Origin: an uncultured Eubacteriales bacterium
Lineage (GTDB): Bacteria; Bacillota; Clostridia; Oscillospirales; CAG-382
Length of the DNA stretch: 64,000 nucleotides
Assembly: GCA_934446675.1 (NCBI GenBank)
Contig: CAKSEL010000002.1
Span: 44,386 to 108,385 of the forward strand
Reading direction: 5' to 3'
Shown here: one piece after another, positions 48,161-58,049 of the stretch
Layout: every line of letters starts with the position of its first letter
Position numbering within the stretch: position 1 is the first letter of the stretch
Made by a program: the position numbers and the translations under genes
The notes under the pieces: generated by a model
Database searches by the model: none
Told to the model about the DNA's origin: nothing
The model's input: only the letters and a program-made list of their open reading frames with translations

Positions 48161-49249
48161 GTGTCAAAAGCTTATTTGATTTTGGAAAACGGCAGGATTT
48201 TCGAGGGTGAATCCTTCGGAGCAAAAGCCGAAACAACGGGCGAAGTCGTATTCACAACCGGAATGACGGGATACCTTGAAACGCTCACCGATCCGAGCTA
48301 TTCGGGACAGATCGTAGTTCAGACCTTTCCGCTTATAGGAAACTACGGCGTAATACCCGAAGATTTTGAAAGCGAAAAACCTCATCTCAAAGGCTATGTC
48401 GTAAGAGAAGTCTGCGGCAAACCGTCAAACTTCAGATGCGGCGGAAAACTCTCGGATTTTCTCGAAAAGAGCGGAATTCCCGGAATCTGCGGCATAGACA
48501 CGAGAGCGCTCACGAGAATAGTCCGCGAACACGGCGTCATGAACGGCAGCATTGTCTTTGACTGCGAAAATCTCGAAGAAAAGCTGAAAACCGTAAAGAA
48601 TTACTCCGTAAAAGACCCGGTAGAGCTTGTAAGCGCAAAAAACACGGTTTTGACCTCCCCGTTTGCAAAATACAAGGTTGCGTTATATGATTTCGGCGCA
48701 AAAAAGAGCATTGCGGACGAACTTATCGAACGCGACTGCGAGGTTCATGTATTCAGTGCCGATTCAAGCGCCGAAGATATATTAAGCATAAAGCCCGACG
48801 GCATAATGCTGTCCAACGGTCCCGGCGACCCCAAGGACAACGTATTTGTAATCGAACAGCTTAAAATACTTGCAGAGAAAAAGATCCCGATATTCGGAAT
48901 ATGTCTCGGACATCAGCTCCTTGCCCTCTCACAGGGTGCGGACACGCACAAATTAAAGTACGGTCACAGAGGCGCAAACCAGCCCGTCGTAGAAACAGCC
49001 ACCGGCAAGGTATTCATCACAAGCCAGAATCACGGCTACGCCGTATCAACGGAAAATCTGCCGTCAAACTGCCGCGTATCTTTCCTTAACGCAAACGACT
49101 CGACCTGCGAAGGTATTGAGTACACCGATATGCCGGCGTTTACCGTGCAGTTCCACCCCGAGGCAAGTGCCGGACCGCTTGACACAAAGTTTTTATTTGA
49201 CAAATTCTTGGAGCTTATAAAGGAGGTAAATTTCAATGCCGTTAAATAA
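48161..49249 (+). CDS. carA: Carbamoyl-phosphate synthase small (glutaminase) subunit
   Basis: GTG start 7 nt after ggagg. Triad region GICLGHQ and HGYAV. Confidence 0.92.
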   Translation: MSKAYLILENGRIFEGESFGAKAETTGEVVFTTGMTGYLETLTDPSYSGQIVVQTFPLIGNYGVIPEDFESEKPHLKGYVVREVCGKPSNFRCGGKLSDFLEKSGIPGICGIDTRALTRIVREHGVMNGSIVFDCENLEEKLKTVKNYSVKDPVELVSAKNTVLTSPFAKYKVALYDFGAKKSIADELIERDCEVHVFSADSSAEDILSIKPDGIMLSNGPGDPKDNVFVIEQLKILAEKKIPIFGICLGHQLLALSQGADTHKLKYGHRGANQPVVETATGKVFITSQNHGYAVSTENLPSNCRVSFLNANDSTCEGIEYTDMPAFTVQFHPEASAGPLDTKFLFDKFLELIKEVNFNAVK

Positions 49250-52200
49250 GGATATAAAACGCGTAATGGTAATCGGCTCAGGCCCTATAATTATAGGTCA
49301 GGCTGCGGAATTCGACTATGCCGGCGCACAGGCATGCCGCGCGCTCAAAGAAGCCGGTCTTGAAGTTATCCTCGTAAACTCAAACCCCGCAACCATTATG
49401 ACCGACAACATAATGGCAGACAAAATATATATCGAGCCGTTAAATCTTGAAACGGTAAAGAGAATTATAGAAAAAGAACGTCCCGACAGTCTGCTGTCCT
49501 CTCTCGGCGGTCAGACAGGTCTTACGCTTTCGATGCAGCTTGCAAAAGAAGGCTTCCTTGACAAAATGGGCGTAAAACTTCTCGGCGCAAAGCCCGAAAC
49601 CATAGACAAAGCCGAGGACAGACAGATGTTCAAGGACACCATGGAGTCTATCGGTCAGCCCACAATTCCGTCAAAGGTAGTTACGGACCTGAATTCGGCT
49701 CTCGCGTTTGCCGAGGAAATAGGCTACCCGGTTATCGTCCGTCCGGCATTCACACTCGGCGGCACCGGCGGAGGTATTGCGCAGAACGTCGAAGAGCTCA
49801 CAGAGACTGCTACAAACGGACTCAGGCTCTCGCCCATTACGCAGATACTCGTGGAAAAGTGCATATCCGGCTGGAAAGAGATAGAATTTGAAGTAATGCG
49901 CGACAGCAAGGGCAACGCCATAACCGTGTGCAGCATGGAAAACTTTGACCCCGTCGGTATTCACACCGGCGACTCTATTGTTGCAGCTCCATGTCTTACG
50001 CTTTCCGACAAGGAATATCAGATGCTGCGTACTGCAGCGCTGAAAATCATAAACACGCTGAAAGTCGAGGGCGGCTGCAACTGCCAGTTTGCACTCAATC
50101 CCGACAGTTTTGACTATGCGGTAATTGAAGTAAATCCGAGAGTTTCGCGTTCTTCGGCGCTCGCGTCAAAGGCTACGGGCTATCCTATCGCAAAGGTTGC
50201 GACAAAAATCGCAATCGGCTATACGCTCGACGAAATAACCAATGCCGTTACGGGCAAGACAAGCGCGTGCTTTGAACCGGCGCTTGACTACGTTGTTGTA
50301 AAGTTCCCGAAGTGGCCGTTTGACAAGTTTGTTTACGCCAAAAGAAAGCTCGGAACCCAGATGAAGGCGACCGGCGAGGTCATGGCTATCGGTCAGAGCT
50401 TTGAAGAGGCTCTCATGAAAGCCGTAAGAGGTGCGGAAATAAAGCATACAAGTTTAAATCAGCCCTCTCTTTACGCGCTTTCCGACGACGAACTCATAAG
50501 CATGATGAGAGAATGTACCGACGAGAGGCTTTTCGTGATATACGAGCTTTTAAAGCGCGGAAAGAGCGCCGAATTTATACACGAAGAAACAAAGATAGAT
50601 ATGTTCTTCCTCGAAAAGCTCATAAACATTCTCGATATGGAAAATGTGCTTAAAAAAGGCGAAATTTCCGACAAACTCTATCTCAGGGCAAAGAAAATGG
50701 GCTTTACCGACAGGCACATTGAAGAACTGACCGGAAAACCCGTCACGAACAAGCTGTATGCAGGCTTTAAGATGGTTGACACGTGCGCTGCCGAGTTCTC
50801 TGCGGAAACGCCTTACTTCTATTCATCATATGATGAGGAAAACGAAGCCGCTGAATTTTTAGACGAGATAAAAGACAGAAAAAAGACTATAATCGTATTC
50901 GGTTCCGGTCCTATCAGAATAGGTCAGGGCATAGAATTCGACTATGCGTCGGTTCACTGCGTGCGCTCGCTCAAACAGCTCGGCTATGAGGTAGTTATCG
51001 TCAACAACAACCCAGAAACCGTCTCGACCGACTTTGACACTGCGGACAGACTTTACTTTGAACCGCTTACTGACGAGGACGTTATGAACATTCTCAAAAC
51101 CGAAAAGCCTTACGGCGCGGTAGTCGCGTTCGGCGGTCAGACAGCAATAAAGCTCACATCGTTCTTGGACAAAATCGGCGTGAAAATTCTCGGCACAAGC
51201 GCGCAGAGCATTGACGCGGCAGAGGACAGAAAGCTGTTCGACGCACTTCTCGAAAGACTGAACATCAAGCGTCCTGCCGGATATACGGTATTTACCGAGG
51301 ACGAGGCTCTCGCCGTTGCAAAGCGCATAGGCTATCCCGTTCTCATGCGTCCGTCATATGTTCTCGGCGGTCAGAACATGATAATAGCCCAGAACGACGA
51401 CGACATAAAAGAGTATATGAAAATTATACTCACCCACACCGACAAAAATCCGATACTCATAGACAAGTATCTCATGGGACTTGAAATAGAAGTAGACGCC
51501 ATATGCGACGGCAAGGATATTCTTATCCCCGGCATCATGGAGCACGTCGAAAGAACCGGCGTACATTCGGGAGACTCCATTGCGGTATATCCGGCGCAGA
51601 AGCTTTCGGACAGCATGAAAGAGGAAATTCTCGAAACCACAAAAAAACTTGCCCTTGCGCTCAACACGCGCGGTCTTGTCAACATTCAGTATCTCATTCA
51701 CGACGACGGACTGTACGTTATAGAAGTAAACCCGCGTTCCTCGCGAACCATTCCCTATATCAGCAAGGTTACGGGAATACCTATGGTCGATATTGCAACG
51801 CGCACCATGATAGGCAAAGAATCAAATCCCGAAAAGACAGAAACCTTAGCGGAAATAGGATACGGCACGGGAATTTATCCCGACAGCCCGTACATTGCGG
51901 TAAAGGTGCCGGTATTCTCGTTTGAAAAGCTCGGCGGAGTTGACTCGATGTTAGGTCCCGAAATGAAATCGACAGGCGAGGTTCTCGGCATTGCAAGCTC
52001 TCTCAAAGAGGCTATCTGCAAAGGTCTTATAGCCGCAGGCTACAAGATGACGAGAAAGGGCGGAATACTCATAACCGTCCGCGACAGCGACAAAGAGGAG
52101 ATTCCCGAAGTTGCTGAAAAGTTCTACAATCTCGAATTCAAGATATATGCCTCCGAAGGAACCGGAAAAACGCTGCGTGCTGCCGAAATCCCCTGCGAAA

Positions 52201-53297
52201 CGGTAAACGGCAGCGAAAACAAGCTTTCGCTTATTGACAGCGGAAAGATCGACTATGTAATATCAACCTCGGCGCACGGCAGAACGCCGACGAGAAACAG
52301 CGTTATATTAAGACGCAAAGCAATCGAAAGGAGTATCCCCTGCCTTACCTCACTCGACACCGCAAATGCAGTCGCGGACAGTCTTATCTCGCGCTTTACG
52401 CCGGTTTCGACTGAGCTTGTGGACATAAACAACATGAGAAAAGAAAAAGTAAAACTCGAATTCACAAAGATGCAGGGCTGCGGAAACGACTACATCTACT
52501 TCAACTGCTTTTCGCAGAAGATAAACAACCCCGAAGGCTTATCGGTAAGCCTGTCCGACAGGCACTTCGGCATAGGCGGAGACGGCGTTGTGCTTATATG
52601 CCCGTCAGACGTTGCCGACGCCAAGATGAGAATGTTCAATCTCGACGGAAGCGAAGGCAAAATGTGCGGAAACGCCATACGCTGCGTAGGAAAATATCTC
52701 TACGACAACAAGATGATAGACAAGACCACAACGACCATAGAAACGCTGTCCGGCATAAAGACATTGCAGCTCAACGTCAAGAACGGCAAAGTGGTTTCGG
52801 CATGCGTAGACATGGGCAAAGCCGAGCTTAAACCCGAACTTATCCCAGTAAAGCTCCATGGAGACAAGATTGTCGCTTATCCCGTTACGATAGGCTACAA
52901 GGAATACCGCATTACCTGCGTTTCAATGGGAAATCCGCATTGCGTTGTATTCTACGGAAACGACGAGAGCGTAGACGAGCTTGATCTCGAAACGATAGGT
53001 CCGATGTTTGAGAGAAACGAGCTGTTCCCCGAAAGAGTAAACACGGAATTTATAAAGGTCATCAACGACCACACATTAAAAATGCGCGTATGGGAACGCG
53101 GAAGCGGTGAAACATGGGCTTGCGGTACAGGCGCGTGCGCGGCTGCGGTTGCGGCTTGTCTGTGCGGCTACTGCAAGAAAAACACGGACATTACCGTAAA
53201 ACTCAAGGGCGGCGACCTCATAATACGCTACACCGACGACGCGGTATATCTTACCGGAAACGCCGACATAAGCTACACCGGCGAAATTACTATCTGA
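49236..53297 (+). CDS. carB: Carbamoyl-phosphate synthase large subunit fused in frame to diaminopimelate epimerase
   Basis: 1353-aa ORF. Residues 1 to about 1066 are a complete CarB (two ATP-grasp halves plus an MGS-like domain). Residues from about 1067 to 1353 are a complete DapF (FTKMQGCGNDY, GNAIRCVGKY, ACGTGACAAAVA). There is no stop codon between them. Confidence 0.85.
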   Translation: MPLNKDIKRVMVIGSGPIIIGQAAEFDYAGAQACRALKEAGLEVILVNSNPATIMTDNIMADKIYIEPLNLETVKRIIEKERPDSLLSSLGGQTGLTLSMQLAKEGFLDKMGVKLLGAKPETIDKAEDRQMFKDTMESIGQPTIPSKVVTDLNSALAFAEEIGYPVIVRPAFTLGGTGGGIAQNVEELTETATNGLRLSPITQILVEKCISGWKEIEFEVMRDSKGNAITVCSMENFDPVGIHTGDSIVAAPCLTLSDKEYQMLRTAALKIINTLKVEGGCNCQFALNPDSFDYAVIEVNPRVSRSSALASKATGYPIAKVATKIAIGYTLDEITNAVTGKTSACFEPALDYVVVKFPKWPFDKFVYAKRKLGTQMKATGEVMAIGQSFEEALMKAVRGAEIKHTSLNQPSLYALSDDELISMMRECTDERLFVIYELLKRGKSAEFIHEETKIDMFFLEKLINILDMENVLKKGEISDKLYLRAKKMGFTDRHIEELTGKPVTNKLYAGFKMVDTCAAEFSAETPYFYSSYDEENEAAEFLDEIKDRKKTIIVFGSGPIRIGQGIEFDYASVHCVRSLKQLGYEVVIVNNNPETVSTDFDTADRLYFEPLTDEDVMNILKTEKPYGAVVAFGGQTAIKLTSFLDKIGVKILGTSAQSIDAAEDRKLFDALLERLNIKRPAGYTVFTEDEALAVAKRIGYPVLMRPSYVLGGQNMIIAQNDDDIKEYMKIILTHTDKNPILIDKYLMGLEIEVDAICDGKDILIPGIMEHVERTGVHSGDSIAVYPAQKLSDSMKEEILETTKKLALALNTRGLVNIQYLIHDDGLYVIEVNPRSSRTIPYISKVTGIPMVDIATRTMIGKESNPEKTETLAEIGYGTGIYPDSPYIAVKVPVFSFEKLGGVDSMLGPEMKSTGEVLGIASSLKEAICKGLIAAGYKMTRKGGILITVRDSDKEEIPEVAEKFYNLEFKIYASEGTGKTLRAAEIPCETVNGSENKLSLIDSGKIDYVISTSAHGRTPTRNSVILRRKAIERSIPCLTSLDTANAVADSLISRFTPVSTELVDINNMRKEKVKLEFTKMQGCGNDYIYFNCFSQKINNPEGLSVSLSDRHFGIGGDGVVLICPSDVADAKMRMFNLDGSEGKMCGNAIRCVGKYLYDNKMIDKTTTTIETLSGIKTLQLNVKNGKVVSACVDMGKAELKPELIPVKLHGDKIVAYPVTIGYKEYRITCVSMGNPHCVVFYGNDESVDELDLETIGPMFERNELFPERVNTEFIKVINDHTLKMRVWERGSGETWACGTGACAAAVAACLCGYCKKNTDITVKLKGGDLIIRYTDDAVYLTGNADISYTGEITI

Positions 53298-53337
53298 CAA
53301 ATCATCATTACGCCAAAGACAGGAGTGAACACACATT

Positions 53338-54516
53338 ATGAAACTCAACAAAAACTATTCGCGCCTTGCGCAGAGCTATCTGTTTTCAACCATTGCAAAA
53401 AAGGTAAACGAGTATACGGCAGAAAATCCGTCCGCAGAAATTATACGTCTCGGAATAGGCGACGTCACGCTGCCGCTTGCACCTGCTGTTGTAAAGGCAC
53501 TTGAGGACGCGAGCCGCGAAATGGGCAAAAAAGAGACTTTCCGCGGTTACGGTCCCGAACAGGGCTACGATTTTCTCAAGGTCAGCATTGCACAATACTA
53601 TGAGAAAAAAGGTGTGTCACTCGAAAACGACGAAATATTTATCTCGGACGGCGCAAAGAGCGATCTCGGAAACATTCTCGATTTATTCGATACTGACAAC
53701 ACCGTTCTCGTACCCGATCCCGTATACCCCGTCTACGTTGACACAAACGTTATGGCAGGCAGAAAGATAGTCTATATCAACGCAAACGAAAGCAACGGAT
53801 TTTTACCCTTGCCGGACAGCAATGTAAATGCGGACATTATATACATCTGTTCTCCAAACAATCCGACGGGCGCCGTCTACACCAAAGAGCAGCTTTCCAA
53901 ATGGGTGGACTATGCGCTTGAACGCGGCGCGGTAATTCTCTTTGACTCGGCATACGAGGCGTTTGTCCGCGACAGCTCGCTCCCGACAAGCATCTATCAG
54001 ATACCGGGTGCAAAAAAGTGCGCGGTAGAGTTCTGCTCTTTCTCAAAGACTGCCGGATTTACCGGCACGCGCTGCGGATATACGGTCGTTCCGAACGGTC
54101 TTGTTTTCGACGGCATGAGCCTTAACAAAATGTGGCTCAGACGCCAGACCACAAAGTTCAACGGCGTTCCGTACATTATTCAGAAAGGTGCCGCCGCCGT
54201 ATTTACCGACGAAGGTCAGAAACAGATACACGAAAATCTTGATTACTACATTCAGAACGCGCGCGTCATCTCGGACGCCTTTGACAAAATGGGAATATGG
54301 TACACGGGCGGCAAAAACTCGCCGTACATCTGGCTCAAGTGTCCGAACGGCATGGGTTCATGGGAATATTTCGACTTTCTGTTAAAGAACGCGGGCGTTG
54401 TAGGAACTCCCGGCGAAGGTTTCGGAAAGAACGGCGAAGGTTTCTTCAGGCTTACGGCGTTCAACACGCACGAAAACACGGTAAAAGCAGTGGAAAAAAT
54501 CAAATCGGTTATGTAA
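53338..54516 (+). CDS. dapL: LL-diaminopimelate aminotransferase
   Basis: 392 aa. N-terminus LNKNYSRLAQSYLFSTIAKKV, and CSFSKTAGFTGTRCGY (PLP lysine) is typical of DapL. Confidence 0.85.
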   Translation: MKLNKNYSRLAQSYLFSTIAKKVNEYTAENPSAEIIRLGIGDVTLPLAPAVVKALEDASREMGKKETFRGYGPEQGYDFLKVSIAQYYEKKGVSLENDEIFISDGAKSDLGNILDLFDTDNTVLVPDPVYPVYVDTNVMAGRKIVYINANESNGFLPLPDSNVNADIIYICSPNNPTGAVYTKEQLSKWVDYALERGAVILFDSAYEAFVRDSSLPTSIYQIPGAKKCAVEFCSFSKTAGFTGTRCGYTVVPNGLVFDGMSLNKMWLRRQTTKFNGVPYIIQKGAAAVFTDEGQKQIHENLDYYIQNARVISDAFDKMGIWYTGGKNSPYIWLKCPNGMGSWEYFDFLLKNAGVVGTPGEGFGKNGEGFFRLTAFNTHENTVKAVEKIKSVM

Positions 54517-54540
54517 AGTACGCGTAACGGATAATATTAA

Positions 54541-54569
54541 AGCACCCTTTTACGGGTGCTTGTTTTTTT
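54541..54569 (+). terminator. Intrinsic terminator after dapL
   Basis: Stem agcaccc/gggtgct, loop ttttac, then tgttttttt. Confidence 0.75.
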
Positions 54570-54572
54570 ACT

Positions 54573-54770
54573 TCAGAACAGGCTCTCGCTCAGCTTCACA
54601 GCCGAATCATATCCGTTTATCGCGTCAATTGCGAGATTGAGCTGTTCAAGCGAGTGTATATACTCGGAATAACCCGAAAGTTTCATCTGCATTTCGACAC
54701 TCTGCGAAAAATAAAGCTTTCTCGACGACGAGCTTTGCCGCAAAAGCTCTCTCAAATTACCGTAAAGCAA
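54573..54770 (-). CDS. Small hypothetical protein
   Basis: 65-aa ORF, helical-looking. I recognise no family. Confidence 0.4.
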   Translation of the reverse strand: MLYGNLRELLRQSSSSRKLYFSQSVEMQMKLSGYSEYIHSLEQLNLAIDAINGYDSAVKLSESLF

Positions 54771-54893
54771 CGTTTGTACACCTCCGCACGTCTTTCTTTA
54801 CGTATTATCGGCATTATTTTTTTGTATTATTCGCAAATGTTCCACGAAATCCGGGAATACTGTAAGTAAAAACAGTTTTACGGAGAATTTTAC

Positions 54894-56360
54894 ATGAGCC
54901 ATTCCCAAAATCAAAAGCCTTCCGAAAACGTGCTGTTTGAAAGCACGCCTATACTGCGCGCCGTATTCTCGCTTGCGTTTCCTGCCGTAATTTCGGCTCT
55001 CGCGGTAACGCTTTACGGTTTTGCCGACGCATATTTTCTCGGACGCGGAAAAAATCCGGATATGCTTGCGGCAGTCTCGGTCTGCGTTCCTTTAAGCGCC
55101 GCCGCAACGGGCATTTCGGCTCTTTTCGGCACGGGAGGCGCCGGCGTAATTGCGGCAAGTCTCGGAAAAAACAATATCCGGCGTGCAAGATCGGCATTTA
55201 TTTTCTGCACAGCCGGAACAACTTTTCTCAGCGCAGCATTTTCGGCAAGCGTATTTCTCTTTTCGGACAAAATTCTGGCGCTTATAGGCGCAAAAAAAGA
55301 GACGGCGGAATATGCGTCGTCCTATCTTTTCCGCACGGTGGTTCTGGGCGCGGTTCCGGTTTCGCTTACCGGCTGTCTTTCCCAGCTTATACGCGCTCTC
55401 GGAAAGCCGGGGGTATCGTCGTTCGGGACAATGCTTTCGGCACTTTTGAACACGGCTCTTGACGCTGTGTTCGTCTTATTCATATACGGCAAAGGGCGCG
55501 AAATATATGCCGTAGGCGACGCATTTTTAATAAGCGTCGCTGCGAGCTGCGCGTTTTTTATTATTTATATGCTGTTTTCAAAAAACGCATTAAAAAATGA
55601 AGCAGTCAAAAAAGACAGAACAAAGAATGACGGCGGTCACATACAAAAAAGCGCGTTTTCCGAGACGTTCCGCATAGGTTTTCCGTCGGCTGCGGCAATT
55701 ATACTTGCGACGTTTTCAAACGTAATATCAAATTTTTTAGTATCGGACTGCGGTTCTGCGGCTGTCGCAGGCTTCGGAACGGCAAAACGCCTGTCATCCC
55801 TTGCCTTTAACGTAAACACAGCGTTTTCCCAGAGTATTCTGCCGCTTATATCCTACTGCTTTGCGTCAAAGAACCGTGAGCGCATGAAAAAAGCCGCAGC
55901 TTTGAATTTTTCTGCGGCTCTTGTATTATCTCTTTTTTACATGGCGGTATCTTTGATCTATGCGAAAAACATTGCCGTATTATTTATCGGAAACGGCAAA
56001 ACAGCGGAATACTGCGCGAAATTTCTGAAACTGCTCAGTCCCGCGTTTCCGATGTGCGCGGCAAGCTTCTGCATATGCTCTTTCCTGCAAGGCTGCGGAA
56101 AACCGAAATCTGCTCTTGCCGTCACGGCTTTAAGAAAAGGCACGCTCGACATTATTCTTATGTATCTTGCCTTTGTTTTCGGGAACATTTATCTCGTCGC
56201 CCTTGCAACGACAGTTACCGAAGCAGTTTCGGCAACAGCAGCGTGCATTATCCTAATACGGTTTCTCAAAGGTTTTCAAAATCAAAAGTACAGCTCACGG
56301 GATAGTGGTCGGAAAGATAAATCCCGTGCATCTCGTCAGTCCAAAGTTCAAGGGAAGTAA
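54894..56360 (+). CDS. MATE family efflux transporter
   Basis: 488 aa with about 12 TM helices and MATE-like repeats. The basic C-terminal tail overlaps the convergent gene. Confidence 0.8.
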   Translation: MSHSQNQKPSENVLFESTPILRAVFSLAFPAVISALAVTLYGFADAYFLGRGKNPDMLAAVSVCVPLSAAATGISALFGTGGAGVIAASLGKNNIRRARSAFIFCTAGTTFLSAAFSASVFLFSDKILALIGAKKETAEYASSYLFRTVVLGAVPVSLTGCLSQLIRALGKPGVSSFGTMLSALLNTALDAVFVLFIYGKGREIYAVGDAFLISVAASCAFFIIYMLFSKNALKNEAVKKDRTKNDGGHIQKSAFSETFRIGFPSAAAIILATFSNVISNFLVSDCGSAAVAGFGTAKRLSSLAFNVNTAFSQSILPLISYCFASKNRERMKKAAALNFSAALVLSLFYMAVSLIYAKNIAVLFIGNGKTAEYCAKFLKLLSPAFPMCAASFCICSFLQGCGKPKSALAVTALRKGTLDIILMYLAFVFGNIYLVALATTVTEAVSATAACIILIRFLKGFQNQKYSSRDSGRKDKSRASRQSKVQGK

Positions 56361-57057
56361 GCTGCTTTGCGACATTCTTCTGAGTGAAGATATAGTCAAT
56401 TTTATGATTTTTTTCAAGTCTGCCGAAGGCATGGAAAGTCTCTCCCGAATTCTTTGACGTCTCCGCAAGTTCGGGGTTTTTATGATCATTGCAGAGAGCT
56501 ATTGCCTCTTCATCGGGAAAAGCGTTGAAATCACCGAGAATAAACATCGGCGCATTTCTGTCCGTACTCTCATCGGAGTCTATTCTGTCAAGAATTACCT
56601 GCATACCCTCTGTTCTCACATGCTCGTTGTCATAATCGAGATGAACGCCGTAGATATTTATGAGTTTTTTATATTCCTTATGCAAAAGAACTGCATGAGG
56701 GCAGGTTCTCGGACAGGGGCTTTGATCGTCAAATCTTGACGCGGGAACATTCGGCGTCGGCGAAAGCCAGAAATGCTCAAGGCTTACAAGATCGAACTTT
56801 TCGGTCTTATACGCAATGCTTACTCCCTCGCCGCCGAGGTCTTTATCTCTGCCGTGACCGAGCAGCGTATAGCCTGCAAGATGTTTATTCAGAAATTCTC
56901 GGATCTTATCTGTTACCTCCTGGAAACATATTACGTCAGGATCTTCCGTTGAAATCTTATCGAGTATCATTCCGGCACGGTGTACAAAGCAGTTTATTCC
57001 GTCGTTTCTGTCATACTCGCATCTTATGTTGAAAGAAACAATTTTAAATTCTTTCAT
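56266..57057 (-). CDS. Endonuclease/exonuclease/phosphatase (EEP) family protein
   Basis: 263 aa. VSFNIR, CFQEV, GDFN and SDHYPV motifs. Confidence 0.85.
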   Translation of the reverse strand: MKEFKIVSFNIRCEYDRNDGINCFVHRAGMILDKISTEDPDVICFQEVTDKIREFLNKHLAGYTLLGHGRDKDLGGEGVSIAYKTEKFDLVSLEHFWLSPTPNVPASRFDDQSPCPRTCPHAVLLHKEYKKLINIYGVHLDYDNEHVRTEGMQVILDRIDSDESTDRNAPMFILGDFNAFPDEEAIALCNDHKNPELAETSKNSGETFHAFGRLEKNHKIDYIFTQKNVAKQLTSLELWTDEMHGIYLSDHYPVSCTFDFENL

Positions 57058-57087
57058 TTTTTACACTCTCCTTTTTGTTTTATAAAA

Positions 57088-58014
57088 TTAACCTCTTACG
57101 GGGTAATTTTCCTTTCTTACAAGCTCTTTGCCCTGTTCGGAACATATCCAGTTATAGAGAATTCTCTCTGAGGAGTCGGCTGCGGCGTCCTTTCTGATGA
57201 CAACGTAAAAATCGTTGATAAACGGATACGAGCCGTCGGAAATGGTTTCGTTTGAAGGCTGCACGCCGTCGGCTGCGAGAATTTTGCTCCTGTCGAGCTT
57301 ATCCGCTTCCATATTGGTAAGATAATAGTACACGGTATAGCCAAGAGCGCCCGACGAGCCGTCGTAGTCTGCAACTGCCTCGAGAAGTCCTATCATAGAA
57401 CCTATTTTCAATTCCTTGGGTGCGGGCATAAGCTCATCGCCGAGGTTTATAAGCTTATCAAAGAGCGTCTGGCTTCCGCTGTCGGTATTTCTCTGGAATG
57501 CGGTTATAGCAACGTCCTCTCCGCCGACATCTTTCCAGTTTGTTATCTCACCCTTGTATATGCCTTTTATCTGTTCTGCCGTAAGGCTTTCAACGGGGTT
57601 TTCATTGCTGCATATAAACACAAGCGCGTCTGCTCCGATAGGCGTCATTTCAAGCTCTTTTCCGCTGTCGGATATATATTTCTTTGCCTCTTCGGACGGT
57701 TCGTACGCAAGAAGTATATCAAAATCTCCGTCTACTATCGCTTTGTAATTATCGGTTGTGGAGCCTGTAAAGCTTATAAGTCCGTCAGCCTCATCGCGGC
57801 TTATTCCGAGCACGCTTGCCGTAACTGCCTCGCCGAGAGGAAGATTTGCAAGGCTGCCGCCCATTTTAGGATAATTTTCTTTTGTAAATACAAAGCCGGT
57901 ATCTTCATTTTTATTTACGTACGGCGTTTTTGTGTCCGAACAGCCCGAAAGCAGGCATGACGAAATCATAAGAGCTGATAAAACCAATGCCGCATTCTTA
58001 AAAAATTTTTTCAT
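57088..58014 (-). CDS. PstS-like (PBP_like_2) substrate-binding lipoprotein
   Basis: Lipobox LLSGCS. FQRNTDSGSQ motif resembling the phosphate-binding protein family. No adjacent pstCAB. Confidence 0.5.
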   Translation of the reverse strand: MKKFFKNAALVLSALMISSCLLSGCSDTKTPYVNKNEDTGFVFTKENYPKMGGSLANLPLGEAVTASVLGISRDEADGLISFTGSTTDNYKAIVDGDFDILLAYEPSEEAKKYISDSGKELEMTPIGADALVFICSNENPVESLTAEQIKGIYKGEITNWKDVGGEDVAITAFQRNTDSGSQTLFDKLINLGDELMPAPKELKIGSMIGLLEAVADYDGSSGALGYTVYYYLTNMEADKLDRSKILAADGVQPSNETISDGSYPFINDFYVVIRKDAAADSSERILYNWICSEQGKELVRKENYPVRG

Positions 58015-58049
58015 GATTAATTTCCTTTCATGTTATCGGTTTTTTGACT

